From positions 1,500,001-1,532,000 of the forward strand of contig NZ_CP060715.1 of the NCBI RefSeq assembly GCF_014396165.1: 32,000 bases of DNA, read 5' to 3'. Shown here piece after piece: positions 27,915 to 32,000 of this stretch (its first letter is position 1; the number at the start of each line of letters is the position of its first letter). The translations under genes were made by a program, and so were the position numbers. The notes beneath the pieces are model-generated. The model worked only from the letters and a program-made list of their open reading frames with translations. It was not told the DNA's origin and ran no database searches. The DNA comes from Erysipelothrix inopinata (lineage in GTDB: Bacteria > Bacillota_I > Bacilli_A > Erysipelotrichales > Erysipelotrichaceae).

Positions 27915-27943
27915 TTGACGTGAGGGTATGGTGATGCTATAAT
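27915..27943 (+). promoter_or_regulatory. sigma-A-type promoter of the infC operon
   Basis: TTGACG 27915-27920, 17-nt spacer ending in TGc, TATAAT 27938-27943. Confidence 0.65.
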
Positions 27944-28060
27944 ATGCGAGCAATAAGAAAGTAGAAGCACATTCTCACCTGATGGCTGTCGGTCATAGGT
28001 AAAAGCTTAGGTCTAATTTTTAAAACCTTTGAGTGTGTTCGATACGTGCACACTTTTTTA
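27944..28060 (+). promoter_or_regulatory. infC-rpmI-rplT leader with intrinsic terminator (candidate L20-responsive attenuator)
   Basis: About 150-nt untranslated leader ending in hairpin AGTGTGT/GCACACT (28032-28054) plus T6, located before the infC SD. Firmicute infC operons are known to be attenuated by L20. The L20-binding fold itself was not verified. Confidence 0.5.
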
Positions 28061-28096
28061 TTGTTATTACGAAAAACACCAAGGGAGGTGAATACT

Positions 28097-28639
28097 ATTA
28101 GTAGAAGAATGAATCAAGATAACCGTAAAGGTCCAGAGGATTTAATTAATGAAGCAATCCGTTTCAAAGAAGTTCTTGTTATTGGATCTGAAGGAGAACA
28201 ACTCGGGATTCTTATGCGTCGCGAAGCGTTGGAAAAAGCTGCAGAAGCAAACCAAGATTTAGTTTGTGTTGCTCCAAATGCAAATCCACCTGTATGTAAA
28301 ATAATGGACTACGGTCGTTATCGTTATGAACAACAGAAAAAAGCTAAGGAAGCTAAGAAGAACCAACACGTTACTCAAATTAAACCCCTACGTTTATCAC
28401 CAGTTATTGATCAACATGACTTTGATACAAAGTTACGTCATGCTCGTAAATGGTTAGCAGAGGGAACAAAAGTTAAAATTGATATGCGTTTTAGAGGTCG
28501 TATGATGACTCGTATCGATGTCGGACGTAAAACAATGGCACGCTTTATTGAGGAATGTAATGATTTAGGTTCAGTTGAAAAAGCACCTAAACTTGAAGGA
28601 AACACAATGTCAGTTGTGATTTCACCAAACAAGAAATAA
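28097..28639 (+). CDS. infC: translation initiation factor IF-3 (non-canonical ATT start)
   Basis: SD AAGGGAGGTG 28081-28090, then 6 nt, then in-frame ATT 28097. ...DLINEAIRFKEVLVIGSEGEQLGI...A...A......DLV.VAPNA.PPVCKIMDYGRYRYEQ... is canonical IF-3. Confidence 0.8.
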   Translation: MSRRMNQDNRKGPEDLINEAIRFKEVLVIGSEGEQLGILMRREALEKAAEANQDLVCVAPNANPPVCKIMDYGRYRYEQQKKAKEAKKNQHVTQIKPLRLSPVIDQHDFDTKLRHARKWLAEGTKVKIDMRFRGRMMTRIDVGRKTMARFIEECNDLGSVEKAPKLEGNTMSVVISPNKK

Positions 28640-28657
28640 CTGAAGGAGGGCCTTGTA

Positions 28658-28852
28658 ATGCCTAAAATGAAAACAAAACGTACTTTAGCTAAACGTGTAA
28701 AACGTACTGGCTCAGGTCAATTAAAGAGACAACAAGCATATGTAAGTCACTTTGCTCGTCATAAAACAACAAAACAAAATCGTCAATTACGTAAAGCTAC
28801 TCTCGTATCGAAGAGTGACTACAAACGTATTAAACATTTACTACAAGATTAA
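28658..28852 (+). CDS. rpmI: 50S ribosomal protein L35
   Basis: MPKMKT.R...KR.K.TGSG.LKR..A...H... 64 aa. Confidence 0.9.
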   Translation: MPKMKTKRTLAKRVKRTGSGQLKRQQAYVSHFARHKTTKQNRQLRKATLVSKSDYKRIKHLLQD

Positions 28853-28866
28853 GGAGGGTGTTTTAA

Positions 28867-29226
28867 ATGCCAAGATCAACAAATTCAGTCGCATCACGTG
28901 CGCGTCGTAAAAAAACATTAAAATTAGCAAAAGGTTATTATGGGTCAAAACACGTTCTTTATCGTACAGCTAATGAACAAGTTATGCGTTCACAACGTTA
29001 TGCATTCCGTGACCGTAAACAATTAAAACGTGAAATGCGTAAACTATGGATTACACGTATCAATGCTGCTGCTCGTCAAAATGATATGACATATAGCACA
29101 TTAATGCATGGTCTACGTTTAGCAAATATCGACATTAACCGTAAAATGCTTTCAGAAATTGCAATTCACGATCCAAAAGGATTTGCAACTTTAGCAAGCA
29201 AAGCTCAAAAAGCTTTAGAAAAATAG
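28867..29226 (+). CDS. rplT: 50S ribosomal protein L20
   Basis: MPR......[17 protein letters not shown]......A.EQV......AFRDRK..KR.MR.LWI.RINAA.R. 119 aa. Confidence 0.9.
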   Translation: MPRSTNSVASRARRKKTLKLAKGYYGSKHVLYRTANEQVMRSQRYAFRDRKQLKREMRKLWITRINAAARQNDMTYSTLMHGLRLANIDINRKMLSEIAIHDPKGFATLASKAQKALEK

Positions 29227-29229
29227 TGT

Positions 29230-29670
29230 ATGTCGATCGATGCTCGTCATGTTTTAAATGAACTGCTTGTTGATATCTTTAATCAAATCCTTGTGATTGA
29301 AGAAAGATATCATCGTGTTCATGGTGTAAAAATATCCATGACCGAAGTTCATACGCTCGAAGGCATTCAAAAAAGTGAAACGAAAATGATGAGCGATGTC
29401 GCTGCTCATTTGAGAATCACTCAGGGAACTCTGACTACGACGATTAATCGTCTCAGCCATAAGGGTTATGTCTATCGTGAACAAGATGCTCAAGATCGTC
29501 GGATATACAGATTAGGACTCACTGAAAAAGGTGTTGAAGTTATGCGGATTCATGATCAATTCCATGAGGAAATGATTGACCAATTACTCCTTCATCTTGA
29601 TGATAATGAGAATCTTATTCAGTCTGTTGACCAAATTAATAAGTTCTTTAAAGACTTATATGATATTTAA
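29230..29670 (+). CDS. MarR-family transcriptional regulator
   Basis: Winged HTH pattern ...ISMTEVHTLEGI......MSDVAAHLRITQGTLTTTINRLSHKGYVYREQDAQDRRIYRLGLTEKG.... ATG lies 3 nt after the rplT stop. Confidence 0.7.
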   Translation: MSIDARHVLNELLVDIFNQILVIEERYHRVHGVKISMTEVHTLEGIQKSETKMMSDVAAHLRITQGTLTTTINRLSHKGYVYREQDAQDRRIYRLGLTEKGVEVMRIHDQFHEEMIDQLLLHLDDNENLIQSVDQINKFFKDLYDI

Positions 29671-29709
29671 GCAAGAAGTTAATTGTCAAGAACCAAGTAA
29701 AGTAGACAG

Positions 29710-30591
29710 TTAATAAAAGCAGTGCTCTTTAAGGTATGTATTCCTAAATTCAATAGGAGTCATACCTTTTAATTTTTCTTGTGGTCGATCATTGTTATAC
29801 CACCCTATGTACTCATGAACTTGCTGGGTTAATGCTTGCTCGTTAGTAGGTACATTTAACTCCAAAGACTCACTTTTCAAATGCGAGAAGAAATTTTCGC
29901 AACATGCATTATCGTAGCAATTAGCCTTACGGGAGTGTGATATCGTAACTCCTAACGAATCTAATTTCTCCATGTATTGGCGATTTGTATATTGAAACCC
30001 CTGATCAGAGTGCAAGATACATTCATATGTTGAATCCCACTCCGAAGTAAATACTAAATCTAAATTATCAAATACTAGTTTATTATCATTAAATTTTGAT
30101 ACTGTATATGCTAGAATTGAATTATCATAAAGATCCTTAATGACGCTTATGAATAAGCGACCTTCTTTATGATAGATGTAACTGACATCAGTTACCAATT
30201 TATGTAAAGGTCGATTGGCCTTAAACTGTCTGGCAAGAACGTTGTAGTGAACGTTTCTTGCCTTTTCATTTATTTCTTTTTGCGTACAACTCTCAAATCG
30301 TTTCTTGCGTATTGGAGATTTTAGTCCTAGTATTTGCATGTAACGCAATACTGTTTTTCGATTAACGACCACTCCAAATTTTCGTTTTAGTTGATATGTA
30401 ATATATCTATATCCTTTAAAAGTTTCTTTGAAGATTTCCTCTATTTTACAGGCAAGCCATTCATCCCAACATTTGTAAAGAGGTTTTCCATTTTCAAGCC
30501 AACTATAAAATGATGCTCTTGATATATTGAAGTATTGGCATAACTCACTAACTGTGTAATCAATCCTAAGTTGGTCAATTGTTGTGTACAT
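29710..30591 (-). CDS. IS3-family transposase OrfB (DDE integrase core)
   Basis: ...LVTDVSYI... (D), ...LHSDQGFQYT (D), ...DNACCENFFSHLKSE (E), ...YNN.RPQ.KL.G.TP. It is in the -1 frame relative to orfA. Confidence 0.8.
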   Translation of the reverse strand: MYTTIDQLRIDYTVSELCQYFNISRASFYSWLENGKPLYKCWDEWLACKIEEIFKETFKGYRYITYQLKRKFGVVVNRKTVLRYMQILGLKSPIRKKRFESCTQKEINEKARNVHYNVLARQFKANRPLHKLVTDVSYIYHKEGRLFISVIKDLYDNSILAYTVSKFNDNKLVFDNLDLVFTSEWDSTYECILHSDQGFQYTNRQYMEKLDSLGVTISHSRKANCYDNACCENFFSHLKSESLELNVPTNEQALTQQVHEYIGWYNNDRPQEKLKGMTPIEFRNTYLKEHCFY

Positions 30592-30968
30592 TAGCGCTCT
30601 TCGTAATCCCGAAGGAGCGCATTTAACTTTTTTAGAATATCATTCTCCATTCTAAGATAATGATTTTGTTCTTCTAAAGACATATCATCTAACCTAATAA
30701 CTTTCGGTCTTCCAGTCGCTTTTTTACCTCTCATATCAATGCCTAATGAGGAAGGATCTTCATTGTACTTCTTAATCCAACTACGAATTTGAGCGTTTGA
30801 TTTAAGTTCATATTTTTTTACAAGTTGATCAAGACCACCGCTTTTTCCACTTAAATAGTCTTCAACTACTTTTATCTTGAATTCAACTGTGTATTTATTA
30901 TTAATTCTCCCTGTTTTTCCCATAAGAAAAGAACCTCCTAAAATAGATTTTCCCATGCTTTTCTTCAT
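30591..30968 (-). CDS. IS3-family transposase OrfA (HTH)
   Basis: 125 aa, basic HTH-type N-terminus, leucine-zipper-like C-terminus (LEEQNHYLRMENDILKKLNALL). Confidence 0.8.
   Translation of the reverse strand: MKKSMGKSILGGSFLMGKTGRINNKYTVEFKIKVVEDYLSGKSGGLDQLVKKYELKSNAQIRSWIKKYNEDPSSLGIDMRGKKATGRPKVIRLDDMSLEEQNHYLRMENDILKKLNALLRDYEER
30594..30633 (-). promoter_or_regulatory. programmed -1 ribosomal frameshift signal of the IS3 element
   Basis: On the minus strand, the slippery heptamer A AAA AAG (30627-30633) is in the orfA zero frame. Six nt downstream is the stem-loop GCGCTC(C)TTCG-GGATTA-CGAAGAGCGC (30594-30620). The -1 frame reads through into orfB. Confidence 0.7.
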
Positions 30969-31016
30969 GTGTCTATTTTAATTGGTTCTCTTCAAATTTC
31001 TTGCTTTTTATATACC

Positions 31017-31046
31017 AAAAAGAAACGTAGCGAAACGTTTCTTTTA
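31017..31046. terminator. bidirectional terminator hairpin
   Basis: AAAAGAAACG (31018-31027) pairs with CGTTTCTTTT (31036-31045), with an 8-nt loop. It overlaps the stop codon of the minus-strand kinase gene. Confidence 0.6.
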
Positions 31047-31892
31047 TTTAATATATAGAAGTTGCGAGATATTTGGATCTGTAAAGAGTTCCGTAAGACG
31101 CTGATACTTCAATTGTGCAATTTCTTGATAGATAGGAAGGGGCGACGATTCAAACATCATCATTGCCCACTCGCACCATAAGGTATGATGCGCGATTTCA
31201 AAGAGTTCAAGTCTTTGATAGTCAACTTCTGTAAGAGACCTTTGGAAATAGATATCATAAAATTGAGCGCGCAAATGTACATCCTGAATGTCGTTTTCAG
31301 TAATAAATGACATGATGTCAAAGAATGGGTCATTATCCATGGCATACTCATAATCAATTAAGTAGTCTTTATTATCAGTGAATAAAAGGTTTCCTGCCAC
31401 AAGGTCATTGTGACAAAGAATGTGATTGGACGAAATTTCAGCTGCGTGTTTTAGATAATCGAAAGCAAAAGAAGTATCATAAATTGGATTAGTGATACGA
31501 TTTTTATAATCATCAAATTTTTTAAGTAAGTCAAAATGAATTCCCGAAGTGAGATTTTGTTGATGTAAGGTTTTAATCAAGATTGCGGCTCTTTCGAGGT
31601 ACTGTGGTGAAAAAGTGTCATGATTGCCGATGTACTCATTAATTTTAATGCCGGATTTTGAATTGAAATAAACAAGTGGTGTATCGAGATGTGTATGTTC
31701 TAACATCTTTAAAACTTTTTGTTCATGTGCATAATTAAAAAGTCCGTGATTTTCAATTCGAGGAATACGAATGACAACATTGTGGTTTTGTGTGATAACA
31801 TGATAATTGTCATTTGTGAGTCCTGTTTTGATATATTCAATGGACAGAGGCTTTTCATTTAATATTTCATTAATAGTTCGTTCTATTTTCAT
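31044..31892 (-). CDS. choline/ethanolamine-kinase-family phosphotransferase (APH fold)
   Basis: ...GLTNDNYHV..., Brenner motif HNDLVAGNLLF, choline-kinase motif LIDYEYAMDNDPFFD. ATG 31892 (MKIERT...) is preferred to 31925; see findings. Confidence 0.65.
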   Translation of the reverse strand: MKIERTINEILNEKPLSIEYIKTGLTNDNYHVITQNHNVVIRIPRIENHGLFNYAHEQKVLKMLEHTHLDTPLVYFNSKSGIKINEYIGNHDTFSPQYLERAAILIKTLHQQNLTSGIHFDLLKKFDDYKNRITNPIYDTSFAFDYLKHAAEISSNHILCHNDLVAGNLLFTDNKDYLIDYEYAMDNDPFFDIMSFITENDIQDVHLRAQFYDIYFQRSLTEVDYQRLELFEIAHHTLWCEWAMMMFESSPLPIYQEIAQLKYQRLTELFTDPNISQLLYIK

Positions 31893-31942
31893 AGAACAAT
31901 TATAGCATAAGTGATATAATTTCATAGACCCAGGAGGTTAGT

Positions 31943-32000
31943 ATGAAACTTATTGTAGCAAGTCATAATAAAGGGAAGATAAATGAGTTCAAGGCATTGC
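31943..32000 (+). CDS. rdgB: dITP/XTP pyrophosphatase (RdgB/HAM1 family), first 19 codons only
   Basis: SD AGGAGG, then ATG 31943. MKLIVASHNKGKINEFKAL matches the conserved RdgB N-terminus (..ATxNxGKxxEF). It runs off the window. Confidence 0.55.
   Translation, partial: MKLIVASHNKGKINEFKAL

Larger units (their letters stand above)
29684..30994 (-). mobile_element. intact IS3-family insertion sequence, 1311 bp
   Basis: TG...CA ends. 25-bp imperfect terminal IRs (29684-29708 versus the reverse complement of 30970-30994, 20/25). orfA/orfB with an A6G frameshift site. 3-bp direct repeat AAT (29681-29683 and 30995-30997). Confidence 0.8.

Noticed and set aside
28046-28096. GTG start for infC, giving a 197-aa protein (ORF track).
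   Set aside because: The GTG is inside the leader terminator hairpin and has no SD. The strong SD at 28081-28090 serves the in-frame ATT at 28097.
1-32000. Search for CRISPR arrays, tRNA/rRNA genes, long tandem repeats and classical defence genes (restriction enzymes, helicase-nuclease pairs, reverse transcriptases, TIR/SIR2, toxin-antitoxin pairs).
   Set aside because: None were recognised on reading both strands. The only repeats found are the IS terminal repeats and target duplications, the kdp 9-mers, the TTAATAGAGA pair and the His-tract repeat.

Overview
The window looks like a chromosomal segment of a low-GC Gram-positive (Bacillota-type) genome. That attribution rests on AT-rich codon usage, a T-box leader in front of hisS-aspS, and an infC-rpmI-rplT operon with an upstream attenuator; it is not a database result. 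About 30 intact genes are present. From left to right: (i) a serine-hydrolase gene fragment, a MazG-like gene and an alpha/beta hydrolase. (ii) An Lsa-like ABC-F ribosomal-protection gene behind a leader holding a consensus promoter, two mini-ORFs and an internal terminator, followed 36 nt later by a membrane-anchored MutS-domain-V ATPase. (iii) An alpha/beta hydrolase, then an intact ISLre2/UPF0236-like IS with 8-bp target duplications, then tag and a ROK kinase. (iv) A complete kdpDE-kdpFABC potassium-uptake locus, in which a TCTTAATAC-N2-TCTTAATAC direct repeat sits at both promoters. (v) An unknown 403-aa membrane protein. (vi) A tightly packed accessory cluster: S51 peptidase, GNAT, P-loop kinase-like protein, streptothricin-acetyltransferase-like GNAT, small membrane protein and a DUF-like protein. 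(vii) T-box-hisS-aspS. (viii) A GNAT and a CopB-type (CPH motif, His-rich N-terminus) P1B ATPase behind a TACAnnTGTA box. (ix) infC (ATT start)-rpmI-rplT plus a tightly appended MarR gene. (x) An intact IS3-family element with an A6G frameshift signal, inserted in the loop of the MarR/rplT terminator. (xi) A choline-kinase-like phosphotransferase and the start of rdgB. I saw no rRNA, tRNA or CRISPR array, and no classical defence-system hallmarks (nucleases, helicases, reverse transcriptases). The most unusual candidates are the ABC-F plus membrane MutS-like ATPase pair and the peptidase/GNAT/kinase/GNAT cluster next to hisS-aspS. Both functional interpretations are inference, not demonstrated. 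All family assignments come from motif recognition by eye, with no searches run.
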